64,000 nucleotides of DNA, from positions 2,112,001 to 2,176,000 of the forward strand of contig CAVUDP010000002.1 of NCBI GenBank assembly GCA_963740315.1, read 5' to 3'. Numbering within the stretch: position 1 is the first letter of the stretch; the number at the start of each line of letters is the position of its first letter. The notes beneath the pieces are model-generated. The model had not been told where the DNA came from and made no database searches. It worked only from the letters and a program-made list of their open reading frames with translations. Below are positions 9,647-20,610 of the stretch, piece after piece. The DNA is from an uncultured cyanobacterium. GTDB taxonomy: Bacteria > Cyanobacteriota > Cyanobacteriia > Cyanobacteriales > Nostocaceae. The translations under genes and the position numbers were made by a program.

Positions 9647-11671
9647 TTGCAGCTAGCTATTAAACCTTTCAATCGTAAAACCAGCACAGCGGAGCATACA
9701 AGTTTTAACAGCATTATGATTATTGAACCCAACTCTAAATACAGATTAGAACTGCAAGAAGAGTTGAAAGTAGCTCAAGCACTGATAAATCATGCTGATT
9801 ATGCTGCTTTTTGCCTAGATGAGAATGCTCAGTTTCTATACGTTAACAATGCAACTTGTTCGCTTTTTGGGTATTCCCGACAAGAAATACTTTCAATAAA
9901 CTTGCGATCGGTAGATATTTACTGGGAACAGCACAAATGGCTGCAACAATGGAAATTACTCGATCAACAAGGTTCGATAAGTTTTGAAACTTGCTATCGC
10001 AACTCCAAGGGTGAGGTGTTTCCCGTTGAAGTCACTCTTATTGTGGAAGAATTAGATGGTAGGCAAGTTTGTTGTGCTTATGCTTGCCTTTCAAACAAGA
10101 AATTGCCAAAGCCGAAAGCGCGTGGAAGAGCGCTAGAATCACCAGAGCATCTCGAAAATCTCGAACAAGAATTCTCTGAATATCAAAAGACAGATGACGA
10201 GTTGAGAAATTCTCTTTCTTTATTAAGCTCTACCTTAGAGTCTACTGCTAATGGTATACTTGCAATCAACTTTAAAGGAGAAATACTTTACTACAATCAA
10301 AAGTTTATCGATATGTGGCATCTCCCTGCCTCTGTCAGGATATCAAAGAACTCTAATGAAGCTAAAGCTTTTTTTGAAAGTCAGGTTAAGGATGTAGAAA
10401 TCTTTCGTTCGCATATTTGGCAATTACCTACACAGTCTGATTCGGAGACTTATAATCTTTTAGAATTGAAAGATGGAAGGATATTTGCACACCATAGTGA
10501 GCCTTATAGACTTAATGGCAATATTATTGGTATAGTGTGGAGTATCTGGGATATAACAGAATCAAGGCGAACGGAGGAAGCGCTTAAACTGAATGAAGCG
10601 AGATTTCGCACTTTGGCACAAAATACCGAAGCAGGCATTATTCTACTTCATAAAAGTCATGTTTGTTATGTCAATCGAGCAGCAGAGGCGTTAACTGGCT
10701 ATTCGTTAAAAGAATTAACTCGCAACAACTTCGATTTTGACAAAATAGTTCTAGCAAAGCAGTGCAGACAGGTACGCAAGCAGGATGGAGCCAGCTGCGA
10801 GTATCAAGAAATGCAAATTTTGACAAAACAAGGTAACGAGCGCTGGTTAGCTTGTACGGTTGTACAACTCGATGGATTGCTTGATTTTGCGGGGAAAGAA
10901 GTAGAGATGATTACGGCAATTGATATTACCGATTATAAAAAAGCCGAATCGGAACTTCTTCAAGCATTAGAACAAGCAAGAAAATTGAGCGAACTTAGAC
11001 AGCGTTTTGTTTCGATGCTTTGTCACCAATTCCGTACTCCCCTTAACATTGTTTCTTTCTCATCTGATTTACTTAGACGTAATATTCATCAATGGAGTGA
11101 GGAGAAAAATCGCTCTTATCTGGATTTGATTCAAGATGCTGTAGAACAAATTAGCGAATTGCTGGATGAGATTTTGTTGTTTGGTAAGGCTGAAGCTGAT
11201 AAATTAAAGTGCGAGCCAAGACAACTTGATTTGAAGCAATTTTGTAGGGACATCATAGCACAGATGTACCTTGCAGGAGGCAAGCAAAAAGCAATTAATT
11301 TTATGAGTGAAGGTGAATGTTCCACCGTTAGTGTCGATCCTAAATTGTTACAACACATCTTAACTAACTTGATTTCTAATGCTGTTAAATACTCCGTGGG
11401 CAGCAACTCCGTGACTTTAGAACTTATATGTGGAGAAGATGATGTAATTTTTAAAGTTAAAGATAAAGGAATTGGAATTCCAGCAGTAGATCAACAGCAG
11501 ATATTTGAGCCTTTTTATCGAGGCAGCAATATTGACAGCATACCCGGTACCGGGTTGGGTTTATCAATTGTAAAAACTCTTGCAGATTTACATGGATGTG
11601 AAATTAGCTTGTCAAGTAAAGTTGGTATCGGAACTACCATTATTCTTAGACTGCCATCTAATCAGACTTAA
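9647..11671 (+). CDS. Multi-PAS sensor histidine kinase (scytonemin regulator); start may be the ATG at 9716
   Basis: Three PAS-like segments, H-box CHQFRTPL, N-box NLISNAVKYS, DKGIGI and GTGLGLSI; divergent from scyA like the Nostoc punctiforme scytonemin two-component pair. Confidence 0.9.
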   Translation: MQLAIKPFNRKTSTAEHTSFNSIMIIEPNSKYRLELQEELKVAQALINHADYAAFCLDENAQFLYVNNATCSLFGYSRQEILSINLRSVDIYWEQHKWLQQWKLLDQQGSISFETCYRNSKGEVFPVEVTLIVEELDGRQVCCAYACLSNKKLPKPKARGRALESPEHLENLEQEFSEYQKTDDELRNSLSLLSSTLESTANGILAINFKGEILYYNQKFIDMWHLPASVRISKNSNEAKAFFESQVKDVEIFRSHIWQLPTQSDSETYNLLELKDGRIFAHHSEPYRLNGNIIGIVWSIWDITESRRTEEALKLNEARFRTLAQNTEAGIILLHKSHVCYVNRAAEALTGYSLKELTRNNFDFDKIVLAKQCRQVRKQDGASCEYQEMQILTKQGNERWLACTVVQLDGLLDFAGKEVEMITAIDITDYKKAESELLQALEQARKLSELRQRFVSMLCHQFRTPLNIVSFSSDLLRRNIHQWSEEKNRSYLDLIQDAVEQISELLDEILLFGKAEADKLKCEPRQLDLKQFCRDIIAQMYLAGGKQKAINFMSEGECSTVSVDPKLLQHILTNLISNAVKYSVGSNSVTLELICGEDDVIFKVKDKGIGIPAVDQQQIFEPFYRGSNIDSIPGTGLGLSIVKTLADLHGCEISLSSKVGIGTTIILRLPSNQT

Positions 11672-11859
11672 TTTCAGTCATGTTGTCAATCTTAGATTTC
11701 TATCTAATCAGACTCAAATTCCAGTAGTATTGGTATAAGCAAGAATTTTTAAAAATCAAATTTAAAAATCGAATTTCAATTGTTAGTTTATAGCTAAATA
11801 TATTAATCCCCTTTTACTCGGCATTGAATTTCAACCCTTAACCTTTATAGTAATTAATC

Positions 11860-12681
11860 ATGATGGACGCAATCTCAAAAAAAATTCTGGTTATAGAAGA
11901 CGATGCTCGTACCCGTAATATGTATTTAGACAGTCTCAATAGTGAAGGATTTGAGACGATAAGTGCGTCGAATGGCACTGCGGGAATTCAACAAGCTCTT
12001 TCTCATTTACCCGACTTGGTAATTTGTGATGTATTAATGCCCGATATGGATGGGTACAGTGTTTTAAAGCAATTACGTCAAAATTCCCTTACGGCAGTTA
12101 TTCCTTTTATTTTTCTTACTGGTAGAGGTAGTAAAGAAGATTTTCGTAAAGGTATGGAGTCTGGTGCCGACGACTATCTAGTTAAACCTGCCACAGCCGA
12201 ACAGTTGTTAAAAGCGATCGCCACTCGATTAGAGAAAAAGCAGGCTTTCCTTCGTTATTGTCGTAATAACTTCAATGGTATTTCTATACCGGGACTAAAT
12301 GATGTATCAAAAGAAGAGAAGTCTATTTTTCCAATTGTTCCTCAGTTGAAAGAAGTGTTTGATTTTATTGAAGCTAACTATGACAAGGGAATCACCTTGA
12401 GCGATGTAGCTGAAGCTGTCGGTTATTCCGCTGCTTATTTAACTAATCGAGTCGCAAAAATCACTGGAGAAACGGTAAACAGTTGGATTGTTAAGCGTCG
12501 TATGGCAGCCGCGCGTTATCTACTTAAGAATAGCAGCCAAAATATCGAAGAAATCGCGACAAATGTTGGCTATCAAAATGCCTGTCATTTTTCCCGACAA
12601 TTTCGCCAACATCACGATATCCCTCCTCAAAGCTGGAGGAAAAAAAATCAACTCATCGAACGTTATCCAGTCGAAGTATAG
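11860..12681 (+). CDS. Response regulator (REC + AraC HTH), scytonemin regulator
   Basis: ILVIEDD, ICDVLMPDMDG, GADDYLVKP; C-terminal AraC signature (EEIATNVGYQNACHFSRQFR). Confidence 0.92.
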   Translation: MMDAISKKILVIEDDARTRNMYLDSLNSEGFETISASNGTAGIQQALSHLPDLVICDVLMPDMDGYSVLKQLRQNSLTAVIPFIFLTGRGSKEDFRKGMESGADDYLVKPATAEQLLKAIATRLEKKQAFLRYCRNNFNGISIPGLNDVSKEEKSIFPIVPQLKEVFDFIEANYDKGITLSDVAEAVGYSAAYLTNRVAKITGETVNSWIVKRRMAAARYLLKNSSQNIEEIATNVGYQNACHFSRQFRQHHDIPPQSWRKKNQLIERYPVEV

Positions 12682-12714
12682 TGATGTAATCTTGTACCAT
12701 TCTTAACAAGACGA

Positions 12715-12749
12715 AAGAAACCCGGTTTCTGTGAATTATTCCGGGTTTT
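12715..12749. repeat. AGAAACCCGGTTT-type palindromic repeat
   Basis: aagaaacccggtttct...ccgggtttt; similar copy at about 37614-37647. Confidence 0.6.
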
Positions 12750-13979
12750 GGTAGTGCCCCCTTTGAAGTAAAGTTGACGCAATAATAATATAGGCAATTA
12801 ATCAAACGGTATTATATTGCTTGTAGCGTGGAAGGCAGCACTATAATAGTTGGGAATTTGCTACCGCGCTATATAAATATATGCCGTTTCAGTTTAAAGA
12901 TATATCGCAGATTTTAACGCCGGTGCAATAGTTCTCAACACTCGATCTATAAGAAGGTGGAAGATGATTTTATTTAAAAACGGGATGTTTTGCAACGCTA
13001 TAGCGCGTGTTCTGTTTTTTATATGGTAAAAGGACGGTAAATAGCGCACGAATAAAGCTTTTAAACAAAAAAATCTTAATCAAGTAGCGATCGCCACTAT
13101 CATTACTTATCGATGCAAGGTAATGGAAAACTAGTATTCGATTGCATAATTTTTTATCGGTAATAAAGGTTCTACGTGCCCGCTGTACTCGCTCCGGATT
13201 TAGGGAACCAATGCCCTTACTACAAACCTGTCAAAATTAATCGGACAGACTACTAGTTAAACATTTTTACAAAAAACATTCGGGTAAAAAAACGCATCGG
13301 TGCTTGCAAATATTTACGTGCGATCGTCAGCTACTTAATCAAAACTTTATAAAAAAAGCACAGGATTAAAGTAAATTTGGTTATTTTGTTTTCAAAAATG
13401 ATATATGTTATACGTAAATATAGAAAATATTGATTAAAATTTAGATTGTGAAAACATAAAAAACATAACTTAGAAGGTAACTTCATAATCAAGAAGACTA
13501 AAGTAGCATTCTTTAAAGATTTTTTTTCGATAAATTATTATAGGAGTAATACTTTAAATATTGAAGATACTGTTTAGCTTAAGCGCAATTAACTATTTGA
13601 TGCATAAGCTTCTTGAGTACTAAACTAGCTTCTCTAAATATAGATGAATATAGATAAAAATCAATTTAACTAAATCCGTTACATTTACTTTATATAAATA
13701 AGCGGAATAAATTGTTTTTTTTGCAGGCTTAGATATATTGTTTGGTTTATATAGATTAGTGGAGGATAACTATAAAAATCAAGCAAAAAAGTTGAATTTA
13801 ATACTACTTTATCTATAAAAAATATTGATGAATAATTAAATAAAATAAAGTATTTTTTTATTTATTCGGAGAATAATCTATAAAGATGAATTAGCATATA
13901 AAAGAATCATCTCATCTTGCCAATAAAAGCACGAATTAGCGATAAAATCTTCAGAGTCATCAAACTAACAAATACAACC

Positions 13980-14696
13980 ATGAAAAAGTCTAATTCAAAA
14001 TTTCAACGCCTGCAAGAAGTTTTAGTTACTGGTTTATTCGCAGAGCTATCTGCTATTGCTTTGGGTCCAAAGTTAAGAAAACTAGTATATAAAGGTATAT
14101 TAGGTCAAATAGGTGAATCAGTTTATATACAAAACGGCGTTGAATTATTAGGTGCCTGTAGAATAGAACTCGGCAATAAAGTACATCTTTTCAAAGGAGT
14201 TCGTTTAGATGCTTTGGGAGATGAAAATAACAAAATTGTTTTAGAAGAAGGAGTTGCCATTGAACGCAATGTTGATATTGGAGCTTTAGATAATACTCAA
14301 ATTTATATCGATAAAGGTACATTTATTGGTGTTGGCGTTTGTATTGCAGGACCGGGAAATGTCAAAATTGGTAAACGCTGTTTGATTGCCGCCCATAGTG
14401 GAATATTTGCCAATAACCATAGCTATGCAGATCCATTAAAATATATTGCCGACCAAGAAGTTACATCTCAAGGAATTACTATCGAAGATGGCTGCTGGTT
14501 GGGACACGGTGTTACCGTAACAGATGGAGTAACTATTGGTAAAGGTAGCGTTATTGGTGCGGGTGCAGTAGTCACCAAAGATATTCCTCCTTATTCAATA
14601 GCCGTTGGGATGCCAGCACGAGTTATTAAAACTCGTCTTCCCGAAGAATCTATAAATCCTACAGATTTAGTTACGTTGTCAACTAATTCCAGATAA
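13980..14696 (+). CDS. Hexapeptide-repeat (left-handed beta-helix) acyltransferase; ATG at 13980 preferred to TTG at 13917
   Basis: IGK/IEDGCWLG hexapeptide repeats, VVTKDIPPYSIAVGMPARVIK. Confidence 0.85.
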   Translation: MKKSNSKFQRLQEVLVTGLFAELSAIALGPKLRKLVYKGILGQIGESVYIQNGVELLGACRIELGNKVHLFKGVRLDALGDENNKIVLEEGVAIERNVDIGALDNTQIYIDKGTFIGVGVCIAGPGNVKIGKRCLIAAHSGIFANNHSYADPLKYIADQEVTSQGITIEDGCWLGHGVTVTDGVTIGKGSVIGAGAVVTKDIPPYSIAVGMPARVIKTRLPEESINPTDLVTLSTNSR

Positions 14697-14779
14697 GACT
14701 TGGAAGTTAGGAGCATCAATATTGTTAGTCAAGCGATATTAAACATTCTTTAAACTTAAAAAATCAGGGGAATACAAGT

Positions 14780-15475
14780 ATGAATAGTAGAAAACCTGTA
14801 TCAAAATGGAAGCGGTTACAAGAAACAGTTTTAACAGTTTTGTTAGCTAACATTCCCACCAAAGCGATCGGTTCAAGATTGCGAACTTTCTTTTATCGCG
14901 GTATCTTTGCAAGTTTGGGAGAAGAAGTCTACTTACAGGATAGCGTTGAATTTATTAATCCGAGTTGTATAGAAATTGGAAAAAAAGCGCAAGTATTGCG
15001 AGGCGCGAATATAAACGCCATAGGACATCCCAACAATAAAATTTCTATTGGCGATGGAGTGCAAATTCAACAAGGAGTTGATATTAGAGCATTAAACGAT
15101 ACTCATATAAAAATTGAAGAAGACACATTTATCGGTCCTTATGTTTGTATTGCCGGACCTGGAAACATCAAAATAGGTAAAGGTTGTTTAATTGCGGCGC
15201 ATTCGGGATTATTTGCTAACAACCATAATTTTGCAGATCCGGTTGAGTATATTACCAAGCAAGGCATTACTCGCAAAGGAATTGTAATTGGAGATGACTG
15301 TTGGCTCGGACACAACGTAACGGTAACAGATGGAGTCACCATCGGTAAAGGTTGCGTGATTGGAGCGGGTTCAGTTGTAACAAAAGATATTCCTCCTTAT
15401 TCCATAGCCGTCGGTAGTCCAGCAAAAGTTGTTAAAAGCCGAATTAAAAATAAAGAATTAGTCAACATTAAATAG
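14780..15475 (+). CDS. Hexapeptide-repeat acyltransferase, tandem paralogue
   Basis: IGDDCWLGHNVTVTDGVTIGKG, VVTKDIPPYSIAVGSPAK. Confidence 0.87.
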   Translation: MNSRKPVSKWKRLQETVLTVLLANIPTKAIGSRLRTFFYRGIFASLGEEVYLQDSVEFINPSCIEIGKKAQVLRGANINAIGHPNNKISIGDGVQIQQGVDIRALNDTHIKIEEDTFIGPYVCIAGPGNIKIGKGCLIAAHSGLFANNHNFADPVEYITKQGITRKGIVIGDDCWLGHNVTVTDGVTIGKGCVIGAGSVVTKDIPPYSIAVGSPAKVVKSRIKNKELVNIK

Positions 15476-15777
15476 GTAGGGAGTAGGGAGATGGGGAGAT
15501 GGGGAGATGAGGAGATGAACTATATTACCTTTGACCTTTAACCTGTTCCCAATCCCCCATGCCCATTTAACGCGAAACATATTTATTTAAATCAGCGTCG
15601 AACAACAACAGTGCCGCCTGCGACAGCGCATATCCGAGCCTGGAGAATGGTTTAAATACATCTATCGTTTATGTCCTCCAAAAATGGGGCTATTTTGGGT
15701 AATATAAAGAAGTTATCTTTTCTGCAATAGCAGATACTAAAAATAACTTTTTTGCTTAGCCCTGTGGAGAAATTGCT

Positions 15778-15894
15778 ATGTTGACTTTAAAAATCGCTGT
15801 TTATATTGTTGTCGGGTTGTTTTTAGCTACATTTATCTTTGGATTTTTGTCTAATGACCCAGCTCGTAACCCCGGACGTAATGATTTTGAGTAA
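15778..15894 (+). CDS. psbI: Photosystem II reaction centre protein I
   Basis: Manual translation [43 protein letters not shown] Shine-Dalgarno upstream. Confidence 0.97.
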   Translation: MLTLKIAVYIVVGLFLATFIFGFLSNDPARNPGRNDFE

Positions 15895-15961
15895 TTATAG
15901 TTACTTTCGTTACTTTCGTTCATAATCGCTGCTGAAGAAAGCAGAAGATTTTATTAACGCC

Positions 15962-16030
15962 AAGGACACGTCGAAAGAATTATAAATATTTATTTAATTA
16001 ACTATTTTCTTTCGATAAGTGTCCTTTTTT
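15962..16030 (+). terminator. Stem-loop with T-tail after psbI
   Basis: aaggacac..tcgaaagaa ... ttctttcga..gtgtcctt inverted repeat followed by a T run. Confidence 0.5.
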
Positions 16031-16158
16031 GGGCGGAATCTGCTCGCAGGCAAAGTAGAAGGCTAAAGTTGGAAGTTTATTTTCTAAATTAATGCTTCCT
16101 CTATTAACTGTTCTGTCTTCATGCCTTAAAGACTGTTTGTTGGCTTATATATTGCGTT

Positions 16159-18654
16159 ATGCTTCATCCAGTTCTGCCGCCCGAACTACCAAATGTTGTC
16201 GATTCCATTACCGTAGCAGATGTAAGTACGGATAATTTGAGTGCATCAAAAACTAGTACTTTTAGTTTATCCACAGAATCTCCTACACCCGAAGTTTTTG
16301 AGCAGGAAGAATTTTCCCCGCCAAAATCTATTTTGAACAAAACCCAGAAGCGATCGCATAGCGAACCGGAAACTATTCTCCCACCTGAATTTTCATCCGC
16401 TAATGTCGCTAAAAATGCTGATGCTTTGGGAGAAAAGCTGAGTATAGGTTATCCGTTAGAACGGCGATCGTCCGAACGCTTAAACCATTTTGAGGCAAAG
16501 ACTGTTGCTCAAATGGTAAGCAAGGGTAAGAATTTATCTCAAAAATCTTCTCAAAAATCGCAGAAGCTTAAGAATCGAAAAATAGCTTCCGAGCAAACGC
16601 AAAAACCTACGAAAATAGAATTTTATTCTCAAGATCCAAATGCAAAAACGCCAGCGACAATAGAATTTAAATCGCGTTCTGGGCAACAAGCTCAACAAAC
16701 TATACCCGTACCGCCACCAAGTAACACAAACACGCAACCAACCCAACCGCCACAACCAACTCAACCGCCACAACCAACCCAACCGCCAACCGAGACAAGA
16801 AGAGTTATAGAAATACTTGCAGATAGGCAAATTTACGACGAAAATCGTCGGGTTGTCACCGCACAAGGTAATGTGGTAGTAAGATTTGATGGGTCTGTAG
16901 TCGATGCCGATACTTTACAAGTAAATATAGATAACTTAGTTGCTGTCGGTGAAGGAAACGTTGCAGTCACCCGTGGCGAACAAGTTTTAAGAGGAAACCG
17001 ATTTACATATAACTTTATTCAAGACACTGGGGATTTAGAAGGCGGCAGCGGCGAAATTAATGTAGCCCAAACCTCACAAGATTTGTCTTTTGACTCGCCT
17101 TCGGTAGCAGTAGGCGGCGTACCTCGTCGTCCTCCCAGCGATAGAATTAGAAGAAGTCAACCTCTAACGAATATTGGTAGCCCTGGAGGAATTGGCGTTC
17201 GTTTCGGTGGTAGAGGCGCTCGTAACATACCATCGGCGAAACAAGGAGGTGAAGTTAACCGCTTGCGGTTTGAAGCCGGACGAGTAGATTTTTATCCTCA
17301 AGGATGGGAAGCAAAAGATGTCCGCATTACCAATGACCCCTTTTCTCCTCCAGAATTAGAGGTACGTGCAGACTCAGTTACTTTAACTCGAATTTCACCT
17401 TTACGAGATAAATTAAGGTTAAAAAAACCACGTTTAGTATTTGACCAAGGTTTAACTTTAGGTATACCGGGCTACACGAGGACAATTGACCGCACCGAAC
17501 GCGATGCAACTCCCGCGCCGGTTTCCATCGGCTTTGATGGCGACGATCGCGGCGGTTTATACGTAGAGCGTTCCTTTGTAGCTGCAAATACAGAACAACT
17601 TAGTTGGAAAGTAACACCTCAGTTTTTTGCTCAACAAGCAGTACAAAATAATAACGGAAACATCCCAGCACTATTCGGTTTAAAATCGAGTTTAAATGCA
17701 ACCTTAACTCCGCGATCGCAAATTGAAGCCGGTGCAACTTTAACAAGTCTCGACTTAACCAAGTTACAAGACGAAGCGCGTGCGAGCGTGCGATACAATT
17801 ATTTACTAGGGAATCCGCTCAACCCTTATAGAGCAACATTAGAATACAGCTACCGCGATCGTCTCTACAACGGTAGTCTTGGTTTCCAAACGGTACAGAG
17901 CAGCTTCGGCGGAGTTGTGACTTCACCAAATATACCTTTAGGTAAAACTGGTTTAAACCTGAGATATCAAGCAGGCGCTCAACAAATTAGCGCCAACACC
18001 GATCGCATTGACCTACTAGATGTAAATCGAACCAACGATCGAGCTTCTTTAGGTCGTTTGCAAGCCAGCGCGACTATTGGAGGTGCTATCAACCTTTGGC
18101 AGGGTAAACCCCTTCCGCCAACCAAGGAAGGAGGATTAAAATATACATCAAATCCAGTAGTCCCCTACGTACAAACATTTGGTTCTGTTACCGGAACCGG
18201 CAGCTATTACAGCAACGGCGATAGCCAAAACACGCTTATAGGTTCAATTGGATTGCAAGGACAATTCGGTCACTTTTCCAAGAAATTTTTAGATTATACC
18301 GGCTTCAATATTAGCTATTCACAAGGTACAAACGATGGATTATCGCCCTTCCTATTCGATCGCTACGCCGATAGACAAGTATTAAGCGCCGGTATCACCC
18401 AACAACTTTACGGTCCATTCCGCCTTGCATTTCAAACAACCATCAACTTAGATACCAGCGAACGTACCAGCACTGACTATATCTTAGAATACAGTCGTCG
18501 TACTTACGGCATCAGCCTGCGTTACAACCCCGTACTAGAGCTAGGTGGTATCAGCTTCCGCATCAGCGACTTTAACTGGAGTGGTGGAACCGATCCATTT
18601 TCCGGTGGTGCAGGAGGAGTTAAACCAGTTGTGGGTGGTGTGGAGCAGCGGTAG
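16159..18654 (+). CDS. DUF3769 / LptD(OstA)-like outer-membrane protein
   Basis: OstA-like N domain (ADRQIYD..VTAQGNV), ITNDPFSPPELEVRA, beta-rich C terminus (FRISDFNWSG); position after psbI is typical of cyanobacteria. Confidence 0.8.
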   Translation: MLHPVLPPELPNVVDSITVADVSTDNLSASKTSTFSLSTESPTPEVFEQEEFSPPKSILNKTQKRSHSEPETILPPEFSSANVAKNADALGEKLSIGYPLERRSSERLNHFEAKTVAQMVSKGKNLSQKSSQKSQKLKNRKIASEQTQKPTKIEFYSQDPNAKTPATIEFKSRSGQQAQQTIPVPPPSNTNTQPTQPPQPTQPPQPTQPPTETRRVIEILADRQIYDENRRVVTAQGNVVVRFDGSVVDADTLQVNIDNLVAVGEGNVAVTRGEQVLRGNRFTYNFIQDTGDLEGGSGEINVAQTSQDLSFDSPSVAVGGVPRRPPSDRIRRSQPLTNIGSPGGIGVRFGGRGARNIPSAKQGGEVNRLRFEAGRVDFYPQGWEAKDVRITNDPFSPPELEVRADSVTLTRISPLRDKLRLKKPRLVFDQGLTLGIPGYTRTIDRTERDATPAPVSIGFDGDDRGGLYVERSFVAANTEQLSWKVTPQFFAQQAVQNNNGNIPALFGLKSSLNATLTPRSQIEAGATLTSLDLTKLQDEARASVRYNYLLGNPLNPYRATLEYSYRDRLYNGSLGFQTVQSSFGGVVTSPNIPLGKTGLNLRYQAGAQQISANTDRIDLLDVNRTNDRASLGRLQASATIGGAINLWQGKPLPPTKEGGLKYTSNPVVPYVQTFGSVTGTGSYYSNGDSQNTLIGSIGLQGQFGHFSKKFLDYTGFNISYSQGTNDGLSPFLFDRYADRQVLSAGITQQLYGPFRLAFQTTINLDTSERTSTDYILEYSRRTYGISLRYNPVLELGGISFRISDFNWSGGTDPFSGGAGGVKPVVGGVEQR

Positions 18655-18669
18655 TTAGGAGTGAGGAGT

Positions 18670-18830
18670 TAGCAGTGAGCAGTGAGCAGTGAGCAGTGAG
18701 CAGTTAATTATTTAGCCCCTTGTCCCCTTTCTCCCCATCTCCCCATCCCCTCATCTCCCCATCTCCCCATCTCCCCATCCCCTCATCTCCCCATCCCCTC
18801 ATCTCCCCATCCCCTCATCTCCCCATCTCC
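18670..18830. repeat. STRR tracts (CAGTGAG)n and (CCCCATCT)n
   Basis: Tandem low-complexity units between convergent genes. Confidence 0.85.
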
Positions 18831-18834
18831 TTAA

Positions 18835-20610
18835 TTACTTTCGCCACAATTGCTGTAAAGCATTGGCAAAATTCACAATCGCTTCTTCGATTTTCAACAT
18901 TGTGTTGTCAATCCATGCCAACATTCGCTCTAGTGGATGCTTTTGATAACCAACTAGTTCGGCTTTAGTTTCTATCCATTCTGGTTTGGCTTCAATTTCG
19001 GTTGATTCGCGGGTTTGAGCAATTTTCTTGCTTCCACTTTCCAATTCTGAACCAGGATTAATTGTAATTTTTTGCGAGATTCCAGAAGTAGTGCGAGCAT
19101 CTTGCTCGCTAGGTTTAATATAACTATCCCTCTCGCTAGGTTTAATATAACTATCCCTCTCGCTAGGTTTAATATAACTATCCCGCTCGCTAGATTTAAT
19201 ATAACCATCTTGCTCGCTAGGTTTAATATAGCTATCCCTCTCGCTAGGTTTAATATAACTATCCCTCTCGCTAGGTTTAATATAGCTATTCCGCTCGCTA
19301 GGTTTAATATAACCATCCCGCTCGCTAGGTTTAATACCATCTTGCTGGTTTTTCAAAGCACCTTTTCGTGACTGCTGTAAACCAGCTTTTTCTTTAAGTC
19401 GTAAGGTACGCCAGTTTGGAATTTTGAGTCCAAATATTTGGGAAGAATTATCTTCTGTAGAACGGTTTAATTGCTTTTTACTGGTTTCTAATTTATTTAA
19501 TGCTTGATTTGGGGGATTTAATTGTGGGAATCCATTACCAAATAGATCGGCATTACTTAACCAATTTTCCGATTGTTGGCTTTGCAGTTGAGGAGATTTA
19601 GGTTTAGTCGAAGAAAGATGACGTTTTGGTGGAGTTTGCTGATTTTTTTTACTTCTGGATTCGCCGTAAAAGTAATTAAGCGCTGCCCAAATCAAACCTT
19701 TAATTTTTGATTGCGTTTCTAAATTACTATCAGCTACTATATCTTCCCCGCTGACAGTTGCTTGGCGATCGCCGTATAAAAAGATATCTAATTTAGTTTT
19801 TACGACTTTAATAACTTCGCCACCGCGTTGCTTGACTATAATCTGAACGCGGGATACAGGTGTGAAAGCGTTTGTTTCCAAATTAGCGATCGCAGTATCT
19901 AAAGATGCCACCGTCGGATTAATTTGTAAATAGTTGTCTTCGCTCTTTACTACTGCATTTTCTGAAGGTAGCGCCTTTGTTCGATCGCCATTACCCAAAG
20001 AACGTTTTTCAAAAAAACCCTCAATAGACAATAATTTTTCTTGCTTAACTTGAGACAATCGCCACGATCGCCAATAATTAGCAATTTCAGTAATTATCTG
20101 GTTTTCTAAAGCTTGCTGTTGCATTGGAGTTAAAACGTCAAGAATTTCGTTTTCGCTCGTCACAAGCACTAAATTTTGACTATTTATTTGTGACGCAACT
20201 CCCTGAATTTGAATTTTTTGCTTGCTTAATTGAACATCTTGCAGGCTTGGTTGATTTGGATACTCGGTTTGAGGAATGGGAGAAATAGATAATTGTGAAT
20301 CATGTAGAGACAGAATATCTTGGGTTTCTACATTTTCCAGTACCCGCGCGATCGCACTGTCAGCAGAAGGTGCTGATGGTTGCAACTGTAACTTCGATTC
20401 TTCTGTAGCTCCGGGAAGTTGGGTTCCGGCTGAGTCAGCAGCTTTTTGTAACAGTAAATATATTGATTGAGAAAGTGCTTCTATTGACCAACTTGTAGCA
20501 ACTTGCAATTGTCGCAACGAGCGTCCGAATCCTTCACCGAAGCGCCGAGATTGTTTGTGAAAGAAGTTAAATAGTCTGCTTTGATAACGTCCTTTGGAAG
20601 CGGAAGACAT
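18835..20610 (-). CDS. Cyanobacterial hypothetical protein with a 9-aa tandem repeat
   Basis: 591-aa ORF with nine IKPSE(R/Q)D(S/G)Y units. Confidence 0.75.
   Translation of the reverse strand: MSSASKGRYQSRLFNFFHKQSRRFGEGFGRSLRQLQVATSWSIEALSQSIYLLLQKAADSAGTQLPGATEESKLQLQPSAPSADSAIARVLENVETQDILSLHDSQLSISPIPQTEYPNQPSLQDVQLSKQKIQIQGVASQINSQNLVLVTSENEILDVLTPMQQQALENQIITEIANYWRSWRLSQVKQEKLLSIEGFFEKRSLGNGDRTKALPSENAVVKSEDNYLQINPTVASLDTAIANLETNAFTPVSRVQIIVKQRGGEVIKVVKTKLDIFLYGDRQATVSGEDIVADSNLETQSKIKGLIWAALNYFYGESRSKKNQQTPPKRHLSSTKPKSPQLQSQQSENWLSNADLFGNGFPQLNPPNQALNKLETSKKQLNRSTEDNSSQIFGLKIPNWRTLRLKEKAGLQQSRKGALKNQQDGIKPSERDGYIKPSERNSYIKPSERDSYIKPSERDSYIKPSEQDGYIKSSERDSYIKPSERDSYIKPSERDSYIKPSEQDARTTSGISQKITINPGSELESGSKKIAQTRESTEIEAKPEWIETKAELVGYQKHPLERMLAWIDNTMLKIEEAIVNFANALQQLWRK
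19097..19338 (-). repeat. 27-bp coding tandem repeat x9
   Basis: Unit ggtttaatataactatccctctcgcta on the + strand. Confidence 0.9.

Noticed and set aside
13193..13198. TCCGGA (heterocyst DIF1-like motif)
   Set aside because: A single hexamer without TSS data is expected by chance.
18720..18968. SPSPHP-repeat ORF
   Set aside because: Translation of the C-rich STRR tract, overlapping a real gene on the other strand.
18972..19371. Alternative ORFs (ITIPLARFN / VILNLARG repeats), or a CRISPR or RiPP precursor
   Set aside because: These are by-products of the 27-bp repeat inside the 591-aa gene; no spacers, leader peptide or modifying enzymes.
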